A stretch of DNA of 64,000 nucleotides from Paramecium tetraurelia (lineage: Eukaryota): contig CT868552.1 of NCBI GenBank assembly GCA_000165425.1, positions 310,001 through 374,000 of the forward strand, given 5' to 3'. The translations under genes were made by a program, and so were the position numbers. Each line of letters begins with the position of its first letter. Within the stretch, counting starts at the first letter, position 1. Below, piece by piece: positions 26,890-40,458 of the stretch. The notes below the pieces were generated by a model. The model did no database searches. It was not told the origin of the DNA and saw nothing but the letters and a program-made list of their open reading frames with translations.

Positions 26890-28386
26890 ATGTCCCAAGA
26901 ACCTCGAGCATAAACAGTCGGAGCTTTTGAAAATAAAGTAAGTTCGATTGTGCCATTATCATAATTAAGAAGAATCCAATAAAATTGTTTTGGTACGTAG
27001 GAAAATTTTGGATTGATCTAAAAGATGGAACTGTAATTATATGATTAACTGAGAAAGACATGCTAAATCCCAGGAAAGAGTAAAGAGATGGCCCAATACA
27101 ATTAATGCTTTAAGAAAGAAGAAGGACCAGACGAGATTCGAAAGATTCAAAGCTGATGAAGAGGAGAGAAGGAGACAAGAGGAGGAAGAAGCATTATATT
27201 AAGCATAAGTCAAACAAGAGATCTTGGAAAAAGCCAATCGTTAGATCTACGAGGCCAATCCAAGAGTTAGACAATTTCAAAGCAAATTATTGATTACTGA
27301 TGTTATATAAGAAAGAGATGCGCAACTGGAATTGAATAAATATAAGAAAACCATCTTGGAGTAAATTAGATATTCAATCTATTCTTAGGATGAAGGAGGA
27401 AGCTCATCATGAGGAAGTTTTAGATAATGTAGCACGATTATAATAAATAGAGGAAATTAAATTGGAAGAAATGAAGAAAAAGAAAATGGAGTAGCGAAAA
27501 ATATTGAAGTAACAGCATGATGAAATGGTCAATAATCATATCAAATAAATACAAAATGATAGAATTGAAGGTTAATTGAACAAGGCGAAGGCAGAGTAAT
27601 TGATTAAAGATGAAGAAGAGGCTGAAAATGAAAGGAAAAGGAAGAGATTGGCTAATATCGAGGAGGTGAAGAGAGGCAATGAGGATATCAAAGAACAGAA
27701 ACAACTCTAGAGGCTTAAGGAATTAGAGGATGATGAAAGAATAAGAGCATATGCAGAGAAGAAGGAATAGATAATGGAAATGAGAAAAAAAAGAGAAGAA
27801 CTCAAATTTAAAGAAAAATAAGAGTAGAGACAAAAATTGATTGATGCATAAATATCTAAATTAGAATCTATTGAAAATGAACATTAAAGAATACTAAGTA
27901 AATAGATATAAGAGGCCGAAATCAAGGCAGAGGAAGTAGAGAGGATAAAAAGGGAAAAGCAAATCTAATTGAAAAAGAATATAGATGAAAGTAGGAAGAT
28001 TACTTCAGAATTCAGAACTAAGGATTAAGAATAAAGAGTAAAGAATGATAAAGAGTTCTAAGAGTATTGGAAGTAAAGGGCTGAAGAGTTGAAGAAGATG
28101 GAAGATGATGAAAATGAATAAATTAGATAAAGGAGAGTTCAGCTTAAAAACTTTTAGCTTACTTAAATTGAAGAAAAACAGGTATTATTTTGTTTATTAT
28201 TTACAATAGAAATTGAGAGAATAATAGATTCTCTAAGAATTAGATGAAGCTGAAGAAATTCTCCGTAAAAAAGAATGCTGTAGCAGAACATTCACATCTT
28301 GGGCATAAAGAGCTGTGGAGGAATGGTAAAGTAATGGTAAAAATGTATATCCAATGCTCAAAGAACTTACAACCAAGTAAAATTGA
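26890..28386 (+). CDS. Trichohyalin-plectin-homology ciliary protein, CFAP210/CCDC173-like
   Basis: HAKSQERVKRWPNTINALRKKK...EILEKANRQIYEANPRVRQFQSKLLITDVIQERDAQLE; E/K/R-rich helix; ends NGKNVYPMLKEL. Confidence 0.8.
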
Positions 28387-28431
28387 TGACTATAATAATT
28401 CGTTTTATATTATTTATAGTAAAATAATATA

Positions 28432-29577
28432 ATGAGAAGTACTGTTCTTCTATTTTTGCTATTTATTGCGAATGCTTAAGATTAACTTTAAAAAGAAGAA
28501 GCAATTTAGATTGTGAAAGATCTCAAAGATGCAACTACAAAAAGTTGGAGCTCTTAGAAAAATCGTGGTGAAAGTATTTTCAACTAAAAAAAATGATCAA
28601 GTTTGTGCTTTCACTGAAATGGTAGCTGAACAAGATGCTTAATGCCAAACTAGAAATGGCCAAAATAAATTTATATATGTATCCAGCAATTAATCAACTT
28701 AAATCATTGAAACCAATAAACAAAAGATTAATAAAAATGTATAAAGACGTATGAACTTATAAGAATTAAGCATCTTTCATGTTCATGATAGATGCAAATC
28801 AAATGTGAAAAACATTAAACTAAAAAAGGATTAAAAGGAAGCCAAAACATTATTCATACAGTTATAAAAGTCATTTTCAGTATTTGAAACATTTTAAATA
28901 GTAAAGTAGTGGTGGTAGTCTACTAGAAATGCTTTATAATGCAAACTTGTATGAGGAATACAATGTAGAAGTAACAGAATAAGAAGTTCAAGTCATTAAA
29001 TTAATATGTAATTTTTATTCACAACACTTTTAGAGTAAGCATACTCAGACCAAAGTGAGGCTACTGATATTTAATCATAAGAATTCAGTTCGCAATTGTA
29101 GATCTAATAGAATTCATTGTCTTATTCATCCTAAAAGTCAATGGAAAAAAATAGATACTTGATTATTACTACATCTCAAGAAATTGCAGAAAAAATTGAT
29201 AAAGATTAATAAAGTATTACTTTGAATTCAATAAATTCAATAAATTCGGTTAATAAATAGATTTATTATGTTCTTAATTAATAAAGGAGAATGAAATATT
29301 AAAGAAGCTTATTGATATCGAAGCAGAAAGGAAGGTAAATAGAGTTATGATTGTAGATTGATTTAGATGATTAGCTCACCATTCTCAATGGAGAAAACTA
29401 AGAATGCGATAACAGTAGGAGAAAATGGATATAGTCACTTTGTTGTTACAATAAGATCATGATCGGGAATAGATTCTCTATATAAAGGAGAAAGAGGCCT
29501 TACTAAAAGAATTAGATGTTTACACTGATTTATTAAGATATTATTTAAAATAAATCTACAAATCGGATAATTAATGA
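28432..29577 (+). pseudogene. Disrupted secreted coiled-coil gene resembling trichocyst-matrix/granule-lattice proteins
   Basis: Signal peptide MRSTVLLFLLFIANAQ and tail KEKEALLKELDVYTDLLRYYLKQIY. TGA in the initial frame at 28594, frame changes, and an intron-like segment (~28770-28792) lacking a GT donor before 'RCKSN'. Confidence 0.55.
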
Positions 29578-29682
29578 TATCAAGATTAAATTTATAGTTC
29601 TTTATACGTCAAATAATGAGTTTTAAGTTATTAAAAAATAAATAAATATTATTTATATATTAATTTAAAATAGAATAATAAT

Positions 29683-32257
29683 TCAATAATTTTCATCGCC
29701 CATTATTTCCCTTCTTTTTTCTTTAGCTAAACCATTCATGAATTCGACCAAATTACTATTTAAGAACATGTTCTTATGCTTTTCAGAAAATTGTTTAATA
29801 ATATTATAACAATAATTTTAGAACTAAAATGATAATTAGTAAATAATACCCCTTGCTATTGTAAAAATGTGAAGAACTCCAACAAGTTTTCTTTACATTT
29901 CAAATGCACATCTGGATGATAAATCAATTAAAGCATCTTTTAAAATATTTCATTGGAATTGTCCAAAACTTATTATTGAATGGTTTAAAACATAAAGAAT
30001 TTTTGCAAGATCACCTGGGCTAATGAACACAAATCTTCATTGGACAAAGCCAGAAACAAAAGCCTTTTGGTATTCTCAAATATTTTAAGCCAGATTTCAC
30101 CATCTGATTCCAATAGTTGTTTGTGTAGACATCCATAGATAATTTCTAAATGTTCATGCTTAAAGAATTGTAATTCCTTTTCCTTAACATAGACATCCAT
30201 AGCTTATGCAATACCAACACTGTTCCAATCAATGGGGGCTCCGGTTATCTTGTATCGAAATGAGTTGCAACCATTGACTACTTGTTGAATCAACGTTTCT
30301 TGTGTATTTAAAACTGAAATTCTGATTTCGGAATCAACTGATAACAGGATCTCCAAGTATCGAGGACACAATTCTGAATACATCTACAAAACTGGAGCAA
30401 GGTAAATCAATCCAATTCTAATTACATTTGGAGTGGTAGAAACAACAAAAACTTAATAAATTAAATCCAACAACAATTGCTTAGATTACTCAAAGTCTAT
30501 TGTGATTTCTTATTCATCCATACTTCGATTGGAATTCTAAGCAATTTACAATAACAAATCAGCACATATGCACATACCTTGAGCTCGAACTTCCCACCAA
30601 GAATCATTCATCAGTCTTTGAATTCTACTGATCTTTTAAAGGACAGGAAAGTAATCCCAACTAGAGATCTGATTGATAATTCTCAACCCATTAGCCCTTG
30701 TAAGAGGAGAGGGTGAATCTAAGGAATTAAATGCATAATTGAGAAAGAACCTATACAATTCTTCATCTTGACTGGGGTAATCAGATTATATCAAAATACT
30801 TAATATGAGAGTAAATGCATTAAGATCAGTCGATAACTTACTTTTGATACTTTTGAGTAATTGTGTTCTATTCACACAATTTATGGGCGTGAATACAAAA
30901 AAGAGTTGAACAATATCTTCCCTCTTCTTTGGGTTTCGCAATGCAATTTACAATAGCTAATCCAATAAAATGCTTTCAAACATCATTTGTGTATCATTTG
31001 GATCTATTTCTACAAGTTTCGAACCTATAAACCTAATTAACTCCAGAATGTATTGATATGTTTTCGATGTGGGTTTCAAAACTTGGATAGGTCTGAGGAA
31101 TATTTGAAAGAATCGTTTAAAATCTAAATTATCACAAAATCAGAATACCTATAAAATTACTCTGAACTTATTCAAGGATTAATTGTGAGTGAACGTCTAT
31201 GAATTGGGTTAGTAGAAGTTTCAACGACTTTTTTTAGACTTCATCACATCTTAAGAACAGCTATTAGATGACAGCTGTATATTGAACATTCTGATTACTG
31301 ACTTGAAAACCATTATTTTATTAGGATTCTTTGGGTTCAAGCTTTAAATCTTAGATGTCCTTCTTTATGGGATCTTTTTTGAATAAGGAAGCACATGCTT
31401 CATGTAGGAAATCAATAACACCTTTGGTCTCTAGCAATTAACCTTGTTATTCCTTTGCTTTTTTGCTTGTACTGCTATGATAACAATTGATTTGTATTTC
31501 TTTGACATCTTGACCAGTTTATGAGATCGATTAATCTAAGTTAACAAGTTTCTTATTAAATTTCATTTATTTTTTTAGTAATTCTTCCTCTTGTTTTTTG
31601 ATCTCCTCCTCAATTTACTTTTTTCTTTTTAAAATCAGATACTCAATGATGTTATCATCTTTTTTATCATTTCTGACTTTCTCAACATGTTCTTGAATAG
31701 CTTATTTAGTTAACACTTTCCTTTCATTTTCATCAACAACTCTGGTGATTTCCCTGTCTTTGATAATTGTATTTGCAGTTGGTCTTGCATATGTTGGTTA
31801 GACTGTGAGTGGCTTTGGTCTTTGCAATGTCGCTTGTTGTTTAACTTGCTTTTTCATGTCTCTGTTGTCCTTATCTGGATAAATGGTGCCTATTTTCTTT
31901 TTAGTTAGGAATTCATAGAGTTTAAAGAGGAAGGCTTATGCTGCATCTGGCGCTTAATGAAAGATGGGTTCATATTCTTCTTGTGGAACTTGAAGTTCTT
32001 TCTTCTTCAATAGCTTTGAAATCTATTCCCAATTATCACGCTTTTTATCCAAGTTTTATTCGTTATATACAGTGTAGATATTAACTTCTTTGGGGTAATA
32101 CCTCGATAATATTTCAGCCACGATGAAACTACTGTAGGATATGATCATACCCATTAGCCAAATCTCTCCTGAAATTACGAACTTAATAGGCCAAGTCTAA
32201 TGAATCTAACCATTTGGCTACTTCTCTTGGAATAGGACCTTAAGGTGGTTCAATCAT
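29683..32257 (-). CDS. SPEF1/SPATA4-type CH-like (DUF1042) domain protein with helical-repeat C-terminus
   Basis: [40 protein letters not shown]...KKRDNWEQI, followed by a long helical region that includes track ORF 29985-30200. Confidence 0.85.
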
Positions 32258-32318
32258 TTTTCAATTAAATAAAATATTAAATAATTAACAACAAAAAAGA
32301 GTAAATTATATCTGGTAA

Positions 32319-33715
32319 TCATTGTCTAGAATGGATAATCTTTTCTACCCGACTACTCAATAAATTATTATTCACAAGCAACAGCTTAATGCCCTTTGCA
32401 GAAAGAACGAAATTGTAGATCTCTATTAAATAATAAGTAAAATAACACCTTCTTCTTTGAATTATATTTTCTTCAAATTGATCCTCTGCAAATTCAACTT
32501 CTAGATTTACAGTAGAGAATACCCATTCATTTCTTAACACCCTTCTAGATTGAGACTATGCAATTTGTAGAGATTGGTTGTGATTATCTCTAAGGCCTCA
32601 TTAGTCACAACATTCTCCTTGATTGAAAGTGATTGCAAACTCTCAATCCTCTTCAAAGGACTGCACTAAAAGTACGTTATTATTTGGCTTTACTTTGATT
32701 AGATCCAATTATGGATTGCATCCAATGTCCAGCCTTTCTAACCTCTTACAGTAATTTCCTATGATCTCAAAAATCTAATTGGTCAAACCATCGCATTTTA
32801 AGAGCATTAAAGTTTTGAGTTCTTACACTTATTCTAAGATGACTTGAACATTTTAATCCTTCAAATTGCAATTGCTTTAGATATTAATCAAACTTAATTG
32901 AGAACATTTTCCAATAACCTCAAAGCCTTTGCCTGTCATAAATTGACAACTAATCAATTGTATATATTGCAGTGATTTACTAAAATTGTTAAGGTCAAAA
33001 TAGTTACTAGCTCTCTTTGCAAATGCTATTCAAATCTTTGTCTGTCAAAAATACTGAAGTATATTGCTTTTTTGGTTCTAATTTAAATAATTCCAACAGG
33101 GATCCTTATTATTGCGAATTGTCGGATAACATTGTTCTGAGTTCAGTTTTCTCCAAAAATGAACTGATTTTTTATCCTTTTATTATATCTCGAACTTTCT
33201 TTATGTGCTTCAATTGTTTACTAGATCTCTTCAACACTGTGGCAAGTTCCTTCTCGTTAAATCTCAAAAACAATTAAAATTGTCAAATTTACCTTGAAGT
33301 CTCGAATTCCCTAAAGAAACTGTACGAGAAATAGATATCATTATAGCAAATCATCCAGAACTTACAGACCTAAGAACAGGTGGCACATTCTCTCAATTAC
33401 AAAAATTTGTAAATCTAATACATCAGATTTTTTGGTAAAAATGGCCTTTTTGATAACTACAATTCGAATACCACTTTTTTTATTTCAAAGAGGATTTCCT
33501 AATCCAGGTGTCTAAATTATTGGAGCATTTCTTTTTTGCATTGTGATTTTCTACTTTACTTTAAATTTCTTATGTTGGAGGAGTACAAAAAAACATCTAC
33601 TACAAACATACACTCAAAACTATACGTAATCATTTATCTTGGTTCTTACTGGGGATTGCTGCTATTCCTTAGCTTTCTTTGTGAAAAATTTGGTTAACTA
33701 AGTTTATTTTTGCAT
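32319..33715 (-). CDS. Leucine-rich repeat (RNI/F-box-like) protein
   Basis: LxxLxL repeats such as LQYIQLISCQFMTGKGF, LSLINIQSNCNLKD, LKTLMLLNAMV, LQSLSIKENVV. C-terminus is track ORF 32319-32540. Confidence 0.75.
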
Positions 33716-33757
33716 TATTTAATTATATATTTTAGCAGGTATATTAAATCTCATGCT

Positions 33758-34093
33758 TCATAAAATTGAAGAGCAAGAGCAAGTTCTCCATATCAAATTG
33801 GATGTGTAAGAGTAACCCTAAATAAATTCAACCCTTATCAATGATTTCATATAATATTATCCAGTATGAAATAATTAATTATCCGAATAGATCTTTCCGA
33901 TTTCGAGATATCGTATTGTATTTTGAGTCTCATCGAATTCTACTTGGGATGGCAGATCAGCAGTGGATTTGAAATGATCAAAAGTGGAACTTCACTTGGG
34001 TAACAGTTTCAGAAACTACTTTTCCAGTGGAGATTAGATAGGATTTGATGAAAATGACTGTTTTATTATTGGCTCATGTTGGGTATGATACAT
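33758..34093 (-). CDS. Small hypothetical gene with one internal TGA (3n intron or premature stop)
   Basis: MYHTQHEPIIKQSFSSNPIQSPLE...STFDHFKSTADLPSQVEFDETQNTIRYLEIGKIY...SIL*, all one frame except a TGA at 33992-33994. Confidence 0.45.
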
Positions 34094-34124
34094 TATATTA
34101 TATAATTAATGGATTAATAAATTT

Positions 34125-36084
34125 ATGGATTAAGAACGAAAACGACGTTGGATCTAAACCCAGTAATAGAAATTGGAGGATTTGAAATCGAGGAAGCTCA
34201 TAGGGACTCATCACATGAGGACTGACAACATAAGAATGAGTCGAACGGAAAAATTAATTTAAATGAAATCGCCTACTATTTTGAAGCACCAGCAGACATT
34301 GGCTATTGATGAATATATTTCGAAGGGGGATTGCAAGTTGATCTTTCTGCAACAGCAAAGTGAGGATGTGGGGTTTAAGACATTCACAGAGATGATGAAA
34401 ACAAATTCAAGTTGGATTAATAAGGCTGATCAATTAAACCCAAACGAATCCACTCTCAAGAATAGATTGCAATTTAATTATGTTTAGGCGAATACTTTTA
34501 AAAGTTCCCTGAATAAAAAATGGAATAGTACTGTCAATGAAGTTACTGAATTATTTTAGAAATAGGAAGAGTTGGTATAGCTATAAAAAGTGAAGAAGGT
34601 GAAATTGAAGGTAAAAACTATTAAGTAAGAGGAAGAAGAAGAGGAGCAAGTAGACAATAATGAGAGGCCATTTGAAAGTTCAAACATTATAAAGGTCTTT
34701 TGGTTTAATATACAAATAAGTGAATGGAAGCCGCCCATTAGAGAGGGATGTACAGTCACTTATCTCCCGTCTCTCAATAAAGCATACATGTATGGGGGTA
34801 TCGGAAACGATTTGTTCAAGAATATGATACAATTGAATACTTTGACTTGGACTTGGAAGGATATTGGTGTCGGTTTGGGTGAAGCTCCTTTGGAGGGAAG
34901 ATTTGGACATACAGCCACCTTTTACAAATAATAGATAATAATCTATGGAGGGGAGAGGAAGTACAACAATGCGATGAAGATGAGAGAATGTTATGGAGAT
35001 GTGCGAATGTTTAATCCTTTGGACAAAATGTGGACACTGGTCAAAACTTCAGGAGATATGATAGAAGGTCGAAGAAATCACATAGCTTAAGGCATAGGGA
35101 AATATTTTGTTATTTATGGGGGTATCAATTCATACGGAAAGATATTGAATGATGTGTGTGCTCTGAATATGGAGACAAATAAATGGTTAATATTGAATTT
35201 ATTTCTAGGGCAGTACTTTAAGTGGAAAATCAGTTTTAGGATGGAGTTTCAGATGCAGCTGCTACGGCATTGTTTAGTGGGGAAGTGAAGATGGAAAATC
35301 CTTATTTTAGTTATGAATGCAATAAGAAGAAAGGGAGGTATCCACAAGTGAATTGTGAGGGAATTTATATTTATGGAGGTAGAGTTCAGAATGGAGAAGC
35401 ATCCAATGATCTGAGGGTGATTCAATTTGGGTTTAAGCCTATTAGAATCATTAAGTTAAAAACTAAAGTACTTTAATCTCGTAATGCAAGGGCTAAGCTC
35501 CAATAGCAAGATATTCTCATAGCATGAACTACTATCACCAATTTAATTCTTTGGTTGTCTATGGAGGGAGAAATGACTCTAAGGAAGGCAATATCCTAAA
35601 TGATTTATTTGTTTTATAATTGCAACAACTCAATTGGATAATGGTGCAATAGATTGGATCGCTGAAACATGGCAAGTGCAGTCATTGCAGCATTTCGATT
35701 GATTCTAAAATCCTCATCTTTGGAGGGTACACTTAGAATGTCTATGCCAATGCTGATATACAATTAATTGAACTTGATTAGAACCGAGTAACCAAAATGG
35801 CCAAAGAGAACAAAATTAACAATTAATTAACTATCACTAGTACAGAATTATTAACCAATGCCAATCTCAGGTTATTTAAGACTGAATATTTTCATGAAAC
35901 ATAGGAGCGTGATCCGTCGGATACAAAGAGAACATTTGATAATACTGCAAGGTTGAGCACTCTACATCTCAAAACATACATGCCTCTTCCAATAGGGAAT
36001 AACTCTCAATTGGTTTAGGATTACAAGTTATTGAAAGAAAAAACAAGGAACTCTAAAAATAATAATCTATTTTTAAGTTAATGA
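34125..36084 (+). CDS. Kelch-repeat protein
   Basis: KPPIREGCT...YMYGG; EGRFGHTAT...IIYGG; EGRRNHIA...VIYGG; ARYSHSM...VVYGGRN; SHCS...LIFGG. Two introns. Confidence 0.9.
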
Positions 36085-36269
36085 TAATATTGATAAATAA
36101 TAATAATATATTGATTTATAAAGAGATTGGGGGATCTATTAAAGTATTTAATACCATTAGGAATATAAATTTTATCAATTAATTGAAGTGGTATTATTCT
36201 AAATACAAACGAATGAATTAAAAAACACAATTTTGTATTTTTATTAATTATAATTTATATTTATTTTCT

Positions 36270-38545
36270 ATGTCTCTCAAATACTCAGACCTCTATGAAG
36301 AATTAGAGACCATTGGTAGTGGAAGTTATGGTACCTCGATTTTCCATTCTATATAGGATCTGCATATTTGGTTAAGAATAAAAAGACTGGCCAATTGTCT
36401 GTGGCTAAAAAGGTTCATTTGGGCAAACTCTCAGAAAAAGAGAAAATAAGTGCCTTGAGAGAAGCAGAACTATTAAAAAGTCTAGATCATCCCAACATAG
36501 TCTAATATATGGGCAGTTTCGCAGATAGTAGTTAATTAATTATATTGATGGAATATTGCGAGGGTAAATTAATAATCCTATGAACGCCTTTAGAAGGAGA
36601 CTTACAATATCACATCAAAAAAAGAAAGTAAGGTAAATAAATCCAATACTTTCCTGAGAAAATGATCTTGAATTGGTTCATCCAATAATTATTTGCTCTC
36701 TAATTCATCCATTCAAAAAAGATATTACATAGAGACATTAAAACAAGCAACATATTTCTGACTTCAAATGGAACAGGTATCAGATTTCAACGTTATACTT
36801 AGTTAAACTTGGAGATTTTGGAGTTTCCAAAGTTTTAGAAAGTACCTTCGATTAGGCATCAACTGTTGCTGGTACCCCTTATTATATGAGGTATTTAAGT
36901 TTTTCTGATAATAGTCCAGAAGTCTGTGAAAATAAACCCTATACTTTTAAATCTGATGTTTGGGCTCTTGGATGTGTTTTACATGAATTATGCACATTCA
37001 AACATGCATTTGATGCTAAAAACATACTAAGTTTGGTAACTAAGATTTTGAATGGTCAAACTGAAACCCTCCCTTCTCATTATTCAAAGGATCTGCAATA
37101 ATTAATTCATAGACTTCTTACTAAATAGGTTTAATCACGTCCCCTTGTTGCCGAAATTATTAACATGCCCTTCATTCAATCTGTTATGCAAGATTTTATT
37201 AGAAGCGGAGGCAAACAAAACTTCTGCTCAGTTGTTGGAGTCAAAAAAATCAAATAACATGAAATTCAAGCACATAATTAACATTAAATCTAATAAAACT
37301 AGATAAATTAATCGAAATAGGATTAAGAATCTTATGAACATTCTATCAAAGATGAAATCAATAAAGATGAGAGTATTAATTAGACTGTATTGTCGCAATC
37401 ATTAAATAAAAGTAAGACTTTAAAAAATAAATAGAGCAGATTGACAATGCAAGTAGATATACAATTGGTGATACAATAATGAGTTAAGCATCGTAATTCT
37501 TAGAACCAGAACCTAAACAAATATCTCCGAAGTCTATTTTAAAATTAAAGAAAGAATAAGAGACTTAATAGAAAATTGAAATGTTATCTAAAGCAGCTTA
37601 AAATATTAGTCAACAAAACTAAAAATAGGCTGAATTAAGGGAAAATTTAAAATCTCTATGGAACTCAATCATAGTTTTATCAATAGAAACAGTAAGAAAT
37701 ATAGCAAACAACAACTCAATAATAATTTTATTAAAAGCAGTAACAAACAGAAATACCTTTATAGAAAAGCTAAGTTTAATAATAATAACAATAGACTTCT
37801 AAACAATAGTAATAGTAGATATAAAATCCTAATTTCGATTAGAGTCTATAATCATCTTCTAAATTTAAACCAATTGATGAAGAAGTAATGAAGAAAAGTT
37901 TATTGAATTTAAAGCAGAAGTAAGCTTAAAAGAAAGAACAGTCTTCAAAAAATTAAACAATGGACTACCAGTATGATGAATATCCTGAGGATTTTGAGTA
38001 TTATGATGACTTTGAGGATTATGATTCGGATAATGAATTTTAGAATGAGACAGTTATAAATGAAGAAATATTGGGTGATGAAATGGATGGTACGAGATTG
38101 ACTCAAAGGTAATCTGATTAGGATTTGTAAAATGTAGTGGAAGTCTATAAAAATGAATTAGCAAAAGCTAAAAGTGGAAATGATACTTTGGCAGGTAAAT
38201 TTAGAAATCAATTATTATATAGAAATATAAGAAGAGCCTGAATCGTCGTATTCGTCCAGTTTTTATAAGACTGATGAGAAATTTAAGCCAAAAATTTCAA
38301 TGATCGAAAACCTGAAAAAGAGCATTTTGCAGTAGATCCCTTAAGATTTGTTTAATTTTGCTTACAATAGAATTCTGAAGGCTATTGAGAATAAGCAGAG
38401 TTCTTAAGAAGTACTTCTTATAAAAATTATTCGGTAGATGTACAAAGAGTTAAAGTAGATTTTAGGCAAAAAGTATTCGGGAGCTGGATTTTAAATAGAA
38501 TAATTGATATATCAGGAGCAATTATATAAACACTTTTAAAACTGA
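36270..38545 (+). CDS. NIMA-related kinase (NEK)
   Basis: [65 protein letters not shown]; long Q-rich tail; several tiny introns. Confidence 0.93.
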
Positions 38546-38763
38546 GTTTTTCATTTATATCATTTATAAACATTCGTAAAAATATAGTATATTTGATAAA
38601 TTATTAGACTGAATTAAAGTATTTGTTGTTCAGTAGACTCAAGATATCTTGAGTACAAGACAAGTTGAGAAAGCAAAGCCAAGATGTTCAGAAGCTCAAA
38701 AGTGTTTCATTTTGTTTTGAAAGAAACGTCATTCACCCAATTAAAAAGTGTCCTCATGAATAC

Positions 38764-39390
38764 ATGAAGAAAAAATCAGGAAGACATCAAAGCAAAAAAT
38801 AATCTTACTAGAATAAAGGATAGGAAGTTGAAGAAATATTATCATAAGAGGAAGACACTCAAGATTTCTCTGAATTAGAAGAGAATCAATAATATGTTAG
38901 CATCGTAGAATGGAAAAAACTGTAAGAGGACAGTTCCAAAAAAATGACAGGAAATAATTTGATTGTTTCATAAAGGTCATAAAATTCAAAGGATTTTCTA
39001 AATTTGGACAAAGTTCCGCTTAAGTCATGTCTAAAGAAAACAAAGAAGGACATCTATGTATAATATGAGGAGTTGTTTGGAAAGTATTCTGAAGATTAAT
39101 TGTAGACAGAAATTTCATCAGAGAAATTGTAATTGAATCAACAATAAATCAAATAATGCATAATTGTTACTGAATTCAATAATATTATGAATGATGACGA
39201 TGATGAAGTAATATTATTATTTAATGTTTAGATATCCATAACCTTAGACGAATTAGACGATCTCATTTATGAAGAGAAGGGTCAAAAGAAAAATGAAAAA
39301 TTTGATATTTCCTAATTTGATAATATCAAGAAAAGAATTGAACTTAATCAGAATATCTAATTTAATCATTGCGAAATTCACAATAATTGA
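38764..39390 (+). CDS. Hypothetical acidic protein
   Basis: MKKKSGRHQSKK...PLKSCLKK...NDDDDE/ISITLDELDD...HNN*. One intron; start uncertain. Confidence 0.55.
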
Positions 39391-39446
39391 TGAAATATAA
39401 TTATTATCATTGATTATATTTTTAATAATTAATTAAAATCAGAATA

Positions 39447-40067
39447 ATGAATTAAGTCCATTAAGTTCTTTAGAAGCCTTAAATGTAAAAGTAGATTATT
39501 ATCGTAGTGATAAAAAGATCTTTGATACATCTAGTTATGCTCTTCCGAAAAGTGATTCAATCATGACTAGATTGTAAGAGAATTTCTCAAAATTTGGAGC
39601 TACATATTCTTAATTCACAATTGCTATTGTTGTTTTGGGAGGATTAACAAATATTTCATTCTTAATTAGTGTTGGATTGAGCATTGCATTGTATGGATTC
39701 TATATTATTCTAAGCTGGTACGCTGCTTTGAAAAACGATGACTTACTAGATTACATTCCCAATTTTGGTTTCCTATCAACTGATAAAAAGAAGGTTCTAT
39801 TGTTTTTATGTAACATTCTTAACAAAATTTAGTGAATGTTCTTGTTTTGTATATTTTTTGTGGAGATTCCATATTCACTTATATAGGGGTTGGGTAAGAA
39901 AATAATATTAATATAGCTTCCTAATATCATTTCTACACTCCTTTTTGTTCGTATCCCCATCTACAGGAGCATTAATTGATGGCCAAACTCAGCAACAAAC
40001 TGGCTAGGATCTATCCCAATATGTTAATTTCAGTAACAATAACAATATTGAATTATAATGTAAATGA
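39447..40067 (+). CDS. PRA1-family (prenylated Rab acceptor-like) membrane protein
   Basis: FDTSSYALPKSDSIMTRLQENFSKFGATY, followed by paired hydrophobic helices and FLISFLHSFL. Three tiny introns. Confidence 0.7.
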
Positions 40068-40099
40068 TGAATATTATATAATGTTAATCTATATAAGCT

Positions 40100-40122
40100 T
40101 TTGAGATTTGAGATTTGAGATT
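40100..40122. repeat. Short tandem repeat (TTTGAGA)x3
   Basis: tttgagatttgagatttgagatt seen directly downstream of the PRA1-like stop. Confidence 0.7.
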
Positions 40123-40458
40123 TTCAATTGATTTAACAGAAGGAGAGAATAAGACAACACTATAGAATGGGTAGAATAATTAGATTAAAGTCTTTATTTT
40201 TAAGAGAATATTGAACTTATGCATTTATTTCTTTTTCTAAATGATACATTCCAATTAATTTGCTCTTCCTGAATTTAAATATTCTTAAAACCTCTTATCA
40301 TCTCTAATAGTAGGATGTTGTTGATTTGAATATTGGTTTAAACACAAAAAATGGAATAGTATATAAGAATCAGGAAAGATTGTGATAGATATTAATAAAT
40401 ATATTTTTAATAAATGGGAAAAGGAAGTTCAGGCATTAAAAAATAAAAAAAGAGTAAA

